NCBI GenBank assembly: GCA_043228905.1
Contig: JBHGNT010000022.1
Coordinates: forward strand, 2,604,001-2,668,000
DNA length: 64,000 nucleotides
Direction of reading: 5' to 3'
From: Azolla caroliniana
Lineage: Eukaryota > Plantae > Polypodiophyta
Shown: in pieces, positions 1-12,832 of the stretch
Layout of the letters: each line of letters begins with the position of its first letter
How positions within the stretch are numbered: the first letter of the stretch is position 1
Program-made: the position numbers and the translations under genes
Notes under the pieces: model-generated
Seen by the model: the letters and a program-made list of their open reading frames with translations, nothing else
What the model was told of the DNA's origin: nothing
Database searches by the model: none

Positions 1-512
1 TTTTAAAAATATATTAGAAAGTGAATAAACCAAATAATTATTTTTCAATGTCCAAACCCACATGTGGACTTGAAACTCCTAATGTGCAAGCCCAATGTGA
101 TACCTAACTACATTGTTCATACGTAATCCTCGGTTAGTTGCATAAATGAGAATATATGATTCCATAACATGAGCAACATTCCACATTGAAATTGAAGACC
201 TCTAGCACATATTGGATCAAGAGACCTCTAGTGTGTTAGACTAATATAACAACCCTTTACTTTAGATTAAAAGTTATCCATTTTTAGACATAGTTGGACA
301 AACAATTCAAACTCTCTTTACTCCTAAAACTAGTGCTTCCAATTTATATTAAAAGTTACAAGATATAAAACAAAAGTTGTATATCATCGCCAAATAATCT
401 TATAGCGACAATTTGATCAAAGTTGCAAGTTGTCAATGTTGCATATAACAAAAGTGAGATAGAGAATGGGAAACATCATGTCCAAATAATGTAGTCAATT
501 ATCATGCTAGCA

Positions 513-897
513 TGTTGTAGATAGTTAGAGTAGAGCAGAAAAGAGGCTAGGAATGTGAGATAGGAGACAAGATATTGAGAGAGAAAGACTAAATTATACT
601 TCGTGTTGTTCGCCTAGATAGGGATCAAGATGAACAACGATATTTATACTTGTTCCTGAGAATTGGATGCAAGCAAATAATATTATACATGCAAAGTACT
701 ACATGTAAGAAAAAAGTATTGTAAAAATATGCATGAATGCTCTAGAAGTTTCTATAACATTCCAAAGATTTCTAAGATGATGAAACTACTCTAAATGTAC
801 AAGTATTTTTTCATAACCACATAATGTATTGAGATGTATTGACTATGAGACCTCGTTAGGATGTGAGAGGTTAGGTATTCGATTCTTGTTTGTTACA
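513..897 (-). repeat. Decayed 3' LTR of an old Ty3/gypsy chromovirus (G0)
   Basis: TG..CA ends. Block gaagtttctataacattccaaagatttct resembles gaaacttctagaacgttccagagaaatct in the G2 LTR. Degenerate tRNA-like module at 841-890. Lies next to a chromodomain remnant. Left boundary uncertain; no TSD found. Confidence 0.5.
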
Positions 898-1327
898 ATG
901 TCTTAACTTATGTGGATACCATTGATGAAAATCATGGACTACATCAAAGGCCTTCTTTAAATTCTTGGCCGGCTCCAATGATGCTTCTGAGATGGGGTAC
1001 GCTTTCCACAAAACAAGATAATGAAGTTAAACAAGAAGGCAAGGGTCGAGTATATTATTGACCTCATGCTCCTCCCTTGTGGACAATTCGATTGGTGGGG
1101 GAGGAGGATGACAACCCAGAACATGAAATGGATGGAGAGGTTCAAGAATGAATACAAGGAAAGACATTGTGAATCTTGAGATGTAAATGGAGTTCTAAGG
1201 AGAGAACAAGTGAGTTTATTTTTTCAATCTCTTGGAAAGGTCCCAACTTCTTATACCATGACTTCATGTAAGGTGACTCAATATTTCGGCATAGGAGCCA
1301 AACCAAATCATCAACTTCAAAGCTGTG
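898..1327 (-). pseudogene. G0 integrase C-terminus (GPF motif) and chromodomain remnant
   Basis: Minus-strand translation gives YKKLGPFQEIEKINSLVLSLELHLHLKIHNVF and VLWKAYPISEASLEPAKN, matching G1 (YQRFGPYMITGKISDVAFRLDLPLHMHLHPVF; VDWLGYTPNDRTWEPAANL). Frameshifted. Confidence 0.65.
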
Positions 1328-1332
1328 GAGTA

Positions 1333-1611
1333 TGTTGGCATAAAAGGCCGACTCCTTCCAAATTGTATCCGTCCGAGTGTGAACTCGTTAATAAGTTAGG
1401 GCTTAGTATATAAGCGAATACCTAACATTGTAATGAGTGTCGACGAGCAGAGTATCGAATCTCTGAGAAAGAACGAAGTAATAAGAAGCTTTCCATTAAA
1501 GCTCCATCTCCGTAAGTCTCCACGCTTATTCTATTTTCTGTATGTGTTGTTTGCTCTCCAGTACCGACTACAGATCCATACACGTTTTCGCACATAACAC
1601 TCATACCCACA
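1333..1611 (+). repeat. 5' LTR of copia A
   Basis: TG..CA direct repeat of 6124-6402; followed by PBS. Confidence 0.95.
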
Positions 1612-1613
1612 AC

Positions 1614-1626
1614 TGGTATCAGAGCC
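1614..1626 (+). promoter_or_regulatory. Primer-binding site (tRNA-iMet) of copia A
   Basis: TGGTATCAGAGCC, 2 nt after the LTR. Confidence 0.92.
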
Positions 1627-1711
1627 GAATCTTTACTGTTTGGCGGAAACAGACAATAGAAGAAGCTGAAAGAAAAGACCAGGTCAGAAATCTCAAGTTC
1701 ACAAACAGAAT

Positions 1712-4700
1712 ATGGCTTCAACATCCAAAATAGGAGTTGAAATAAGAAAATTCGACGACAAAAACTTTGCCTTGTGGAAGGAGATGATGCAGGATGTGTT
1801 GATCATTCGAAGACAGGTCGAAGCCATTCGGCACAACGAAAAACCTGCTTCAATGACAGTCGAGGAGTGGAGATCAACGGACGAAATCACATGCTCCACC
1901 ATCCGAATGCATCTGGCTGAAAACGTCTATTTCAGCATGGCGAAAGAGACGACAACGTTCTCATTGTGGGAGAAGCTACAGGCCGTCTATGAGAAGAAGT
2001 TGTCATCTTCGAAATTGATCTTGATCAAACAATTGTTCAACATGAAGATGAAAGAGACTGATCCAGCAACCTCCCACAGCAACACCTTCAACCGGGTGTT
2101 GTTAGAGCTCTCGACACAAGGGATCAACTTCGAAGAAGAAGTGAACGCCCTTACCCTCCTATCGAGCTTGCTAGCGAGTTGGGAGGTATTCTGTACGACT
2201 TACGCCAATAGCCGACCAATCCTAAATCTGGACGAAACGACCGGCCAAGTCCTCACAGAGGATATTAGGCGAAAATCAATGGGACTAACCATCGATGAGT
2301 CGGCAGAAGCCCATCACTCGACTGGGTCATTCGACTGACAGAGTTGAATGAAAGAACAAGCCGACAGAACCGATCGACGCTACAACCGATCGAAAACAAG
2401 GGGTGACTGACAACAGTCGAAGTCGAGAACGGGCCGGGCCGAACAAGTGAGTATTGCACAGACTGCAGGAAAGCTAGCCACAATGTTTCCGACTGCTGGT
2501 CAATAAAAAGAAAAGAGAGTGGTCGGAGATCTGAGCGGAATCGGGGACGTTCCGACTCGAACCACTCTCCAGTTGGCAACATTGCCTATACCCGATCCGG
2601 AGAAATCCTCTCCCTAGAGGATTCAATGATCGGAGAAATCCTCTACAGTGCACAAGTTGCACACATGTGGATACTAGACTCTGGTGCCACATTTAATGTG
2701 ACCCCCAACATTGAATGGTTCTCGAACTATTCAGCTGACGCTAGCGGCACAGTTCGACTGGGAAATGGGCAGGAGTGCAAGATAGCTAGAACTGGGGAGG
2801 TTCCCATCAAATTGCCAAATGGCAACACAATAACCTTGCATCGAGTTCGGCACATACCCGATCTAAAGAGGAGTCTAGTCTCCATCGGCATGTTAGCCGA
2901 AGATGGGTATCGAACGACTCTACACGAGTCGACGTGGGTGATTAGCCAAGGAAACCTCAAAATCGGTAGTGGGCATAACTATAATAATCTATACCCATTG
3001 ATGGCGATCAACTCTGAAGGGGGCATGAACGTAACTGAGAAAACCGACCCGAACTTATGGCATGGCTGACTTGGCCACATGTCTCAAGTCGGACTTGATC
3101 GGCTGATGTCGGTCGGCTACATCCCGAAACTCCAGGCAATGACGGACTTCTACGAGCATTGTCGATATGGGAAACAGACTCGATGTCCACACTCTCTCCA
3201 CTAGGAGATGGTACGAAAACCCCTAGAGCTCGTGCACACAGACATATGTGGGCCCATGCCAGAGCGATCACTAGGAGGCTCTCGATACTTCATCACATTC
3301 GTAGATGACTGTACATGGAAAGATTGTCCATACTCCATCAAGTCCAAAGATGAAGCACTCGAGGTCTTCACTCGATGGATATCTGAAGTGGAGAACCAGT
3401 TGGGACATAGAGTGAAGACACTCCGGTCTGACAACAGGGGTGAGTACAACTCCAGAGCCTTCAAACAATACCTGTCCGAAAAAGGGATCCAACATCAAAA
3501 GACCGTTCCTTACACACCCATGCAGAATGGGGTGGATGAACGGATCAACCGAACTATCCAGGATAGGGTGACGGCAATGCTTCAGCAAGCCGGACTGAAG
3601 CTGGAATTTTGGGCCGAGGTATTGAAGACGGTAGTGTACCTGATAAATCTGGCGTTGTCAAGAGCAATCAGGCTCGAAGTGCCACAGTCACTATGGTCAG
3701 GCAAACAACCGACCTACAATAGGCTCCATATATTTGGATGTGAAGCCTATGTGTTCATCCCCAGGGACAAAAGGACGAAGTTGGCACCCCATGCAACAAA
3801 GTGCATATTTCTCGGTTATGGAACCAATGGGGACTTCGGCTACCGGCTATGGGACCCTAAGAACCGGAAATTGATCCGGAGCAGCGACATAGTCTTCAAT
3901 GAAGACTCTATCTTCTCTCAACGGAACCAACAAAAAATAATTGGTAACAAGGTATCCTTCAAAGATGACAACACTATCGTAGAAGGACCGACCCAATGGG
4001 CCGAATCAGAGACCCGACAAACAGTCGAACTCCCACAAATTGCGAACTTCCTTGCCGACACTGAATCAACAACAAGTCCTAACATCGAACTCAAAGACAA
4101 GGCCATCAAAGACACAACCGAATCGACAAGAGTCAACAAAGGCAAAGTCGCTAAGAGGCAAGTCAGGACCGAGTCGACAACAACCACAGGGGAGAACAAC
4201 CAGACACCGCAGAAATCCCAAACCGAGGGTGGGACTCCTAACAAGGCTCCTGACACAACTGGTTCAACAAATACCGATCGTCAATCTGAACCGATCAAAG
4301 GATCCGAACCGGATATTACGGCACCCAGGAGATTTGGACGAGCTCAAAGACAAACAAAGTTTTATGAACCGGGCCTCGACTATGTCAACTACACGGATGC
4401 AGGCGAACCAAGCACCTATGAAGAAGCTATGGCCGCATCAGACACTGAAACATGGCTGTAGGCCATGAAATCCGAAATGGAATCGATTCATCAGAATTAG
4501 ACATGGGAGCTGGTTGACCTACCAGCAGGAAGAAAACTGCTACCTTGCAAATGGGTGTTCCAATACAAGTATGTATCTGACTCAAAGAAACCCAAGTACA
4601 AACCTCGACTCGTCGCGAAAGGACTCAAACAGGAATACGGGGTCGACTACCACGAGATATTCTCACCAGTAGTCAAGATGACCACCCTCTGACTCCTACT

Positions 4701-5966
4701 AGGAGTCGTGGTGACAGAAGATCTAGAGCTCGAGCAGATGGACGTAAAGACGACATTCCTACACGGAGATCCGGAAGAAGACATATACATGTCTCAACCG
4801 ATAGGCTTCACGGCGATGGTGGAGGATAGTCACCTCGTATGTCGACTAAAGAAAAGTCTATATGGCCTAAAACAAGCGCCGAGAATGTGGTACGAGAAGT
4901 TTGACTCCTACATATTGCAGCTTGGATACAACAAATCAAACTCTGACCCATGCATGTATGTTCGGCAACTGGCCGACGAGTCATGGATCTATCTGATCCT
5001 ATACGTCGACGACATGTTGATTGCAGGGAGCAATCAAGCAAAGATCGGTAAGCTGAGGCGGAGCCTTCATGCAAAGTTCGCGATGAAGGAACTTGGACAA
5101 GCCCGACACATATTGGGCTCTCCGACTCTCCCAATCCAACATACATCCACAAGGTGCTGAAGCGCTTCAACATGGAGAATGCGAAGCCAGCACCGACACC
5201 ACTTTCGACGTCGATCAGACTATCGGATAGAGACTCTCCTACAACGGACAAGGAGAGAGAGCTTAATGGAAAGATACCCTACGCATCGACAGTAGGAAGT
5301 TTCATGTATGCAATGGTGGCGACCCGACCCGACCTAGCCTATGTCATAGGGGTGGTTAGATGGTACATGTCAAACCTAGGAAAGAAGCATTGGGAGGCCA
5401 TCAAGCACATCCTTAGGTATCTAAAAGGAACCCTGGATGCATAGCTAACTTTCAGACTAACAACCTCAGCCGAAGTCGAAGGTTACACCGATTCCGACTA
5501 TGTCAGAAATACGGACAATTGGAAATCGACATCAGGCTACATCTTCACCTATGGTGATGGTGCGATATCATGGAGGTCGAAACTTCAAGAGTGCACAACT
5601 CTGTCTACCATAGAAGCCGAGTACATAGCAGCATCGAAAGTAGCGAAGGAAGCGATCTAGTTGCACCGATTGACTGCCAACTTCAGAACTGCAAACCTAA
5701 ATGACCGACCATCGCCGACCATCTATTGCGGCTCACAGAGCGCAATACACCTCATCAACAATCCTGTCTACCATGTGAAGACGAAGCATGTTGAGGTGCG
5801 GTATCATCATATCCGGGAGTTTATGACCGAGAAGAAACTCGAAGTCCGGAAGATCAACACCGAGGTGAACATTGCCGATTACCTGACGCTTCAGAACGCT
5901 AAGGACGAAGATGGGGCTACGACAAGCGACCGAGTAGAAGAAAGCCGAACGAGGAGTAGAAGGTAA
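1712..5966 (+). pseudogene. Copia A gag-pol pseudogene
   Basis: ORF pieces: gag (KFDDKNF..W), protease WILDSGAT, integrase (LVHTDICGP, LRSDNRGEY), RT (LYVDDML), RNase H (KHVEVRYH). Many stops and frameshifts. Confidence 0.93.
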
Positions 5967-6123
5967 GAGTTGACCGACACTCATACTATACCTCTGCTGA
6001 CTCAACTACTTGCCTACAGACTTGTAACATAAGATCTAGTTAAATTTGTAATCTAGGTTTACAAGGGAGATAACCCCAAGCACTTGTACATGCAAGAAAG
6101 AGTAGTCCTTTTACGGGGGAGTT

Positions 6124-6402
6124 TGTTGGCATAAAAGGCCGACTCCTTCCAAATTGTATCCGTCCGAGTGTGAACTCATTAATAAGTTAGGGCTTAGTAT
6201 ATAAGCAAATACCTAACATTGTAATGAGTGATGACGAGCAGAGTATCGAATATTTGAGAAAGAACGAAGTAATAAGAAGCTTTCCATTAAAGCTCCATTT
6301 GCATAAGTCTCCACACCTATTCTATTTTCTGTATGTGTTGTTTGTTGTCCAGTACCGACTACAGATCCATACACGTTTTTGCACATAACACTCATACCCA
6401 CA
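6124..6402 (+). repeat. 3' LTR of copia A (PPT TTACGGGGGAGTT at 6111-6123)
   Basis: Direct repeat of the 5' LTR, preceded by a purine tract and followed by the TSD. Confidence 0.95.
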
Positions 6403-6407
6403 GAGTA

Positions 6408-6734
6408 TCTGATCAATCACATTCAACCTGATCCTCTTAATGTTCAATGACGAGGATGAGCTACAATGATAGGTTTCGATGTAAATCCTCTAGGGTATGA
6501 GCATGTTCTTTCGTAGAAGGGCTTATAAAGTTGGAGGGGATGGAAAATTTGCTGAAGTGAGGGTGTAAGCAATAGTATGAAAAGAACGGGGCAATCTTGT
6601 TGACTCGTATAGCGAGTTGTTGTAAACAATCTTTGCCATTGGGTGGAGCTCAACCCAATCATCTTGTTGGTAATTGACAAAGCACTAAAGTCCAGAATTT
6701 TGATTGCCAATCAAATGTTTGTCCATTAGTTTTC
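6408..6734 (-). pseudogene. G0 gypsy integrase remnant (continuation of 898-1327)
   Basis: Minus strand reads FVNYQQDDWVELHPMAKIVYNNS, matching G1 FINYQQDDWVAFLHLAEFAYNNS. Confidence 0.7.
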
Positions 6735-8302
6735 TGTTGAGATGCAAAGCTCAATATGGGCCGGATCGGTGTTGAGTCGGCATGCCATTAGGACCAATGT
6801 TCCTCGAAGGAATATTTTTGGGAGTTAGTGTTAGTAGCTCATTTATGAGCATTGAAGTACTTGTTAGTACTTCTATCAGTCTTTTAAGGGCTTGTATAAA
6901 AGTGCTCTCTGAGCACATTTGTATATACAGAGCGTCATTATTTTGAATTGAGTTTTATGTTGTCTGCTCTCTCTATCTCTCCCATGTTCTGTGTGTGATT
7001 CCATACTCTCTGTGTTTTCTTTGTTGTGGTTCGGTTGAGTTGGTTATGTTCTATTTAGCTTCAACACGTAAATATTTTCATGGTATCAGAGCACGAGGGT
7101 TGAGAATCCTCTGTTGTCGACAAGTGTTTCAACACAAAAAAACACTAATCCCGGACAAGTACAGATAAGAAGAAGAAACTGGACAGAGGAATGGGTGGTA
7201 CTCTTCTGATAGAAAAGTTGGACCGAAACAACTATGCATCTTGGGAATACAAGATGCACTAATACCTGCTTGGGCATGCCTACTGGAGTTACATCCCTGG
7301 AGAAAATGAACTAGCGCTAGAGTCGACACATAAGGATTTTCTGGCGTGGGAGCAGGCGACAAGTAGAGTCATCCTGTGTACATGACCGAATGGTGGGCTA
7401 CTTTCGAGGTGCAAAAACTCCAAAGGAGGTCTGGGAAAATCTTAAGAAGATTTTTGCCACAAGCACCATGGCTCGGAAGTTGCAGCTTCGCCAAGAGCTC
7501 AACAATATCCGATAGAGGGATATGACGGTTACTGAGTACACCACGAAGATCAAGGAAATCTGTGATGCCTTGGGGTCCATCAATGTGATGGTGGATGAGG
7601 ACGAAATCGTATAGATTTTCCTTAGTGGTCTAGCTCAGAGGTATGGGCTGATCTGGACGGCTATTTGGATGAGGGAGAAACCACCATCGTTTTTCAACTT
7701 GCAATCGATGCTTATGGTTGAAGAAAACCACACATGTGTGTCTAGGAGCATGCAAGTTGACAACCGGATGTTGTACATAGAGGTGGATCGGCCCCATGGT
7801 CATGGAGGATGTGATCCCGTGGTCTTGGAGAATGAGGTGAATTGGCACACAATGGTGGCGACCGACAAGAGCAGAACCAAAGGCATAATCAACATGCCGA
7901 CAACAATTCTGAACCCTCCACAAGTAGGAGGAGTCAAGGCGATGCATGAAATTAGCAAAGGAAAACTGAGATAGACTGCTAGTATTGCGGCCAGAAAGCC
8001 CATAGAGAAAGCAAGTGCTAGAAGAAGAAGGTTGATTCAGACAAATTTGTTTTAGGCAAAGCCGAACAAGGAAATTGGAAGTGATCGCACTACACTGAAG
8101 GCTTAGGAGGAGTCGAAATGGGCCCAACATTTGTGATGAAGCACAAAGCCGACTAGATGAGCACGAGCACCACAAAACCAAATTAGGTGTGGTATGTTGA
8201 TTCCGGAGCTTCGAATCACATGACTAGCCATAAAGAGTGGTTCTCATATCTTGAGAAACTGGAACAACTAGGGGTCGTCGAAACCGGCGATGACACCCCT
8301 CA
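6735..8302 (+). mobile_element. Copia family B copy B1a: 5' LTR (6735-7080), PBS (7081-7092), decayed gag-PR, 3'-truncated
   Basis: LTR starts TGTTGAG like the other B LTRs. PBS TGGTATCAGAGC. Gag homologous to 35206-36139. Protease WYVDSGASNHM near 8190-8225, then an abrupt break. Confidence 0.85.
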
Positions 8303-11300
8303 GTGTTGGCAGCCAAGTTGGCATGTCATAGCTGCTCCTCTAATTGTGTAATTAACGTTTGAGCCTCCTGCAATTGTTGGTTGGTGTCCTTATCTGTTTT
8401 CTACATTCGCTTATTTTTGTAAGCCATATCCTTGGCTTGTTGAGCACTTGATGTCAACAAGACATGGGACCTGGTTGACCCTCCTCATCACTGTAAACCA
8501 ATCGGATGCAAGTGGATATACAAGGTAAAGGACAACACCGACAGTTCTGTTAACCGGTATAAAGCCGGTTAGTGGCGAAGGGATACGCGCAGACCCACGA
8601 AATCGACTACAACGAGACCTTCACTCTGGTAGCGAAGATGACAATGGTTCGTGTGGTGCTGGCGGTTGCTCCAGCAAGGGGATGGCATCTTCACCAGATG
8701 GATGTGAAGAATGCGTTTCTTCAGGGTGATCTTGAAGAAGAAGTCTTTATGACTTAGCCCACCGGATTTCAATTGGAGATGAACAAGTCGGTCGTATGCC
8801 GGCTGAAGAAGTCGTTGTACGGCCTGAAGCAAGCCCCTCGAGCTTGGAATGCGAAGATCACGCACCGGTTGCGTAAGATGGGGTTTGTGGCCTCCAAATC
8901 GGACTCTTCATTGTTCATTCGGTAAGGCTCAACCGGTTTGGTATGTATACTGTTGTATGTTGATGATCTAGTCATCACCGGATCGGGTGTTCCAGAAATC
9001 AACCGCGTCAAGTCCCTGTTGTCGGACGCATTTGAGATGAAGGACCTGGGGGACCTTCATTATTTTCTTGGGATCGAGGTGATCCGAACCCCTGACGGCA
9101 TATTACTCTCACAACGACATTACGTCTTGAATATGCTGTACAAGTTCGGCATGATAGAATGCCGACCTGTCTCCACACCCTTGGACCGGAACCAGAAGCT
9201 CCGTCCCAACTCCGGACCGGCCTGCAACGAGAAACGGTTCCGACAAATTGTCGGAAGCCTTATTTACTTGACTATCACATGCCTTGACATCAGCTATCCG
9301 GTCGGAATGATAAGTCAGTTCATGCAGAAGCCGACCATGGAGCACCTTCAGTGCGCGCAACGGATACTGCGATATGTAAGCGGCACGAAGGACCGGGGAC
9401 TGTTATACCGACGAGGTATAACCGAAGAGCTCATCGGTTACACAGATGCCTACTGGGCCGGCGATGCATCAGATCACCGATCAACCTCCGGTTATATGTT
9501 TTCCCTAGGTAGCGCAGCTGTTGCGTGGAGCAGCAAAAAGCAGCCAACAGTTGCTCTATTGAGCACTGAGGCTGAGTATTGGGGCGCTACCATTGCCACC
9601 TGTGAAGCCATTTGGCTTCGGCGACTGCTGCAAGACTTACGGATCGAGGTACCGACCCCGATTCTGGTCTACTACGACAACATAAGCAGCATGCAACTCG
9701 CCAAGAACCCTATGTTCCATGCTCGCATGAAGCACATAGAAGTGCATTATCACTTTGTGCGTGATCGGGTCCTGAGCGGTGAAGTTGAACTACAATATGT
9801 TCACATGGATCGGAAAGTTGCCCACATCTTCACCAAGCCACTCGGATCGGACAAGTTGCAGCACTTTACCGACATGCTTGGTGTTCAGCATCTCGACGTG
9901 CCACACTTGAGCGGGAGAACGGGTAGAGACACCGGAACGGGCAAAGGCAAAGAGACTGCCGATTGCGCCGGTGAGGGAAGAACAGAAGGCGGCAGAGTCA
10001 AGAAGGACAGAGCCGACCGGAGGAAGAAGGCCGAGAACCGGACATGGTCCGATGTGGTAATGGGCTTGGAACCAGAAGACGAATCGGGAGCAACCGATTC
10101 GGACAAGAGCTGGAATGAATTGGAGACAGTCGATTCGGTTCAACAGATAGATTCGGAAGAACCGGATCAATTCAAGGCCAAGCAGACACGGATGCAGCGG
10201 AAGTCGATGCCATCGTGGAGAAACCGACGGATCGATAAGCACTGGAGTCATAGCAGCGAAGGAGCTGAGAGGGGCCTATTGAGCAGACATACCGACCGAG
10301 AAGGTCGAGGCGCGTAGAACAAGAGGGGTCGCGACAAATAGAACCGGACTGGACGAGGAGCGCGACCAAGGCGAAGCGACGCCAGGAGAAGTCGATTGGA
10401 AGAACCGACTGCCATAGAGATTGACACTAAGATCCAACCTCAAGTTGAACTTGAGGGGGAGTGTTGAGCGGCAAGCTCAACTGGAGCCGGATCGGCTGAA
10501 TAAGCCTGAGCCGACAAGCGAGACGGATCGGTAAGCTGTGAGCAACCGAGCTGGCAAGCAATAGAGCCGGTGAGCTGGGGAGCCGGTTAGCCGGATCCAA
10601 TCAGTAACCGGAAGCCTAGTATTAGTGTAGACTCCTAGGCAATTATAGTCTCGTAGTAAGTATCAGATGCTCGTGTGAGCATTGAAGTACGCGGTACTTC
10701 TGTCAGTCCCATGAGGACTTGTATAAATAATTCTACTGAGCATAGTTGTATGTACAGAGTGATTATATCGTTTTGAATATAGCCTTTACGTTCTGATCTC
10801 TCTTTGTCTCTCCCGTGTACTTTGTGTATTACCTACCTTCTCTGTTTTCTAATGCTTCTGCAAGTAATCATTTACATGGCTCCTAAGGGCACTCGAGCTA
10901 ATTACTAATGGACCTCCATTGGGGCCATATTCAATGTTGGCAATTCGATTGCCAAGTGCCCTCCACTAGTGTGCCGCTTGCGGCCGATTTTGCCCAAGGC
11001 AACTTCCTCCTCTAGTTTCAACATCCTAGCAATGGCCCGCTAAATCATCTGTTGTCTGGCATGCTCCTCGGCCATGCACTGGGCGGCTGCGACCTGTTGT
11101 GTTGAGAGGAACTCCACCAATTCAAAAGTTTTGTCCAATTGCAATATGGCGGTGAATTCGTGTTCTACTACTGGAATTTCCTGATAGGCCAGAACCTCGC
11201 TCTCTTGTGTCGAGGACCCTTGGCCCTACTATAGCTGTCCAGGGTGCGGGGTGGGTCTCGACTAGTTTCTTTGGTTGGGCTGAGGGCTCGGTTTGCTAAG

Positions 11301-11943
11301 GGTGCTCGCTATCCTCGTCTTTCCACTCCATTGTTCGGAGTCTTCCAAGCCGCATCTTTTGGCCTGACACTAGCGGGTGTGGTGGTGATGGCCTGGGCAC
11401 CGCGGGTGCTGGGAGTGCTGATGCCGACGGGAACAATATTGTTAAATAGTAAGTGACAATTGGCAACAACTTCTTGTTAGCCTACATGGCGAGGATGCCT
11501 ACGAGTAAGTACGCTCCCGTGATGAACCCCCAATTGATTGGGTTTCCTTCATATGTCACTATGATCACTTTGGTCTTGTGTTTTTACATCCTGTAAGATT
11601 TCGGATGCATGCATGCGATCTCCAACAGGAACTTCGCGACGTCTCGGAAGAAGATGGCTGGAGCCATCAACGTTTTGTATGCCTTGGTCATGGCAGAATA
11701 TTTCCCAAAAACTTTCTGTAGGACTTCTATGGATGGGATTTCAAAATAACGCTCACCCATTGGGCTCAGACCCAACTTCTTTCGAATCGTGGTGTTTGTG
11801 ATGGTATCCACATTGATCTTCTTTCCTATATCCTGGGTGTTGGGATACGACGATGCCTTTGTGACCTTGATGTACCTAGCCAATCCGTGGTCTTGAAGCC
11901 ATTGTCATAGAGAGGAAGGGATGTCGATGGCCCTGGTTGAGAG
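8303..11943 (-). pseudogene. Decayed unidentified minus-strand coding region (8303-8437 plus 10882-11943), split by B1b
   Basis: ORF 11584-11883 (MARYIKVTKASSYP...) and stop-interrupted coiled-coil-like text (TNQQLQEAQTLITQLEEQL) on both sides of the TGGCT TSD. Family not recognised. Confidence 0.4.
8438..10876 (+). mobile_element. Copia family B copy B1b, internally deleted (8-bp 5' LTR stub, RT-RH, 3' LTR 10462-10876)
   Basis: TSD TGGCT at 8433-8437 and 10877-10881. TGTTGAGC at 8438 equals the start of the 3' LTR. RT/RH ORFs 8572-8757 and 8938-10317. PPT TTGAGGGGGAG at 10451-10461. Confidence 0.85.
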
Positions 11944-12832
11944 TGTTAGGAATATGTTCCTCCTATGGGAGCAATCAACAATCGATGCTATGAGAGAATT
12001 CAGCAATCGAACTGACAAGCGGAACATAGGAGATAGAGAGTCGACTACATCATGGATGCTCTAGGTCAAGGGGGAATGCCGACTAGTCGGACCGACTGTA
12101 TAGTTGACATGGGAGTTGGCTAGTCGGGTCGACTGGAAAATCAACATAGGAGTCGATTAGTCGGTATTCTCTAAGTTGAAGAGAGTTTGTAATCTATCCT
12201 TCCTCCCTTGTATTCTCTGTTCGCATAGTGAAAGATTTGTTGCCCCGTGGTTTTCCAGTTTTAGGGTTTCCACGTAAATATTGTGTATCGCGTTTTCTGT
12301 CTATTTTGTTGTTTTTTGTTCTTGCATTGTACATTTCAATGTATCCTTCTTAAGATCTACAGTGTCTTTCCTCTCAAATTGGTATCAGAGCTCTGAGGTG
12401 CAAATGGAAGGAGGTGTGAGTGGCTTCCTAGGAATGATGGTGTTGAATTCACACAACTATGCTGACTGGAAGATCAAGATGGAAGATCTTCTAATAGTCA
12501 AGGATCTGTACAAGGCCATAGACAAAGAAGAAATACCCACAAGGGGTATTATATTCTGAATGGAAACTCATGAACAGGAAGGTGGTGGCCACCATCAGAC
12601 ATTGTGTAAATGTGAGTGTCCTTCAACATGTGGGTAATGACACTAATGCCTACTAGATGTGGTAGAAGTTGTCATGGTTGTACGAGAGGAAGAATGCCCT
12701 CAACAAAACCATACTGATGAGAAAGATCGTGAGATTGAAGTACAGAGACGGAGACAACATAGTATTACACATCAACACATTCATGGGGCTTGTAAATCAA
12801 CTTTCTGCAACCAAGTTTCCCTTTGATGATGT

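Larger units (their letters stand above)
1333..6402 (+). mobile_element. Ty1/copia LTR retrotransposon, family A, full length, decayed
   Basis: 279-bp LTRs at 1333-1611 and 6124-6402 (about 14 mismatches). TSD GAGTA at 1328-1332 and 6403-6407. PBS and PPT present. Domain order gag-PR-INT-RT-RH. Confidence 0.96.

Noticed and set aside
6735-10876. One complete copia element from 6735 to 10876
   Set aside because: The LTRs differ in length and sequence and share no TSD. The TGGCT TSD defines 8438-10876 as a separate insertion.
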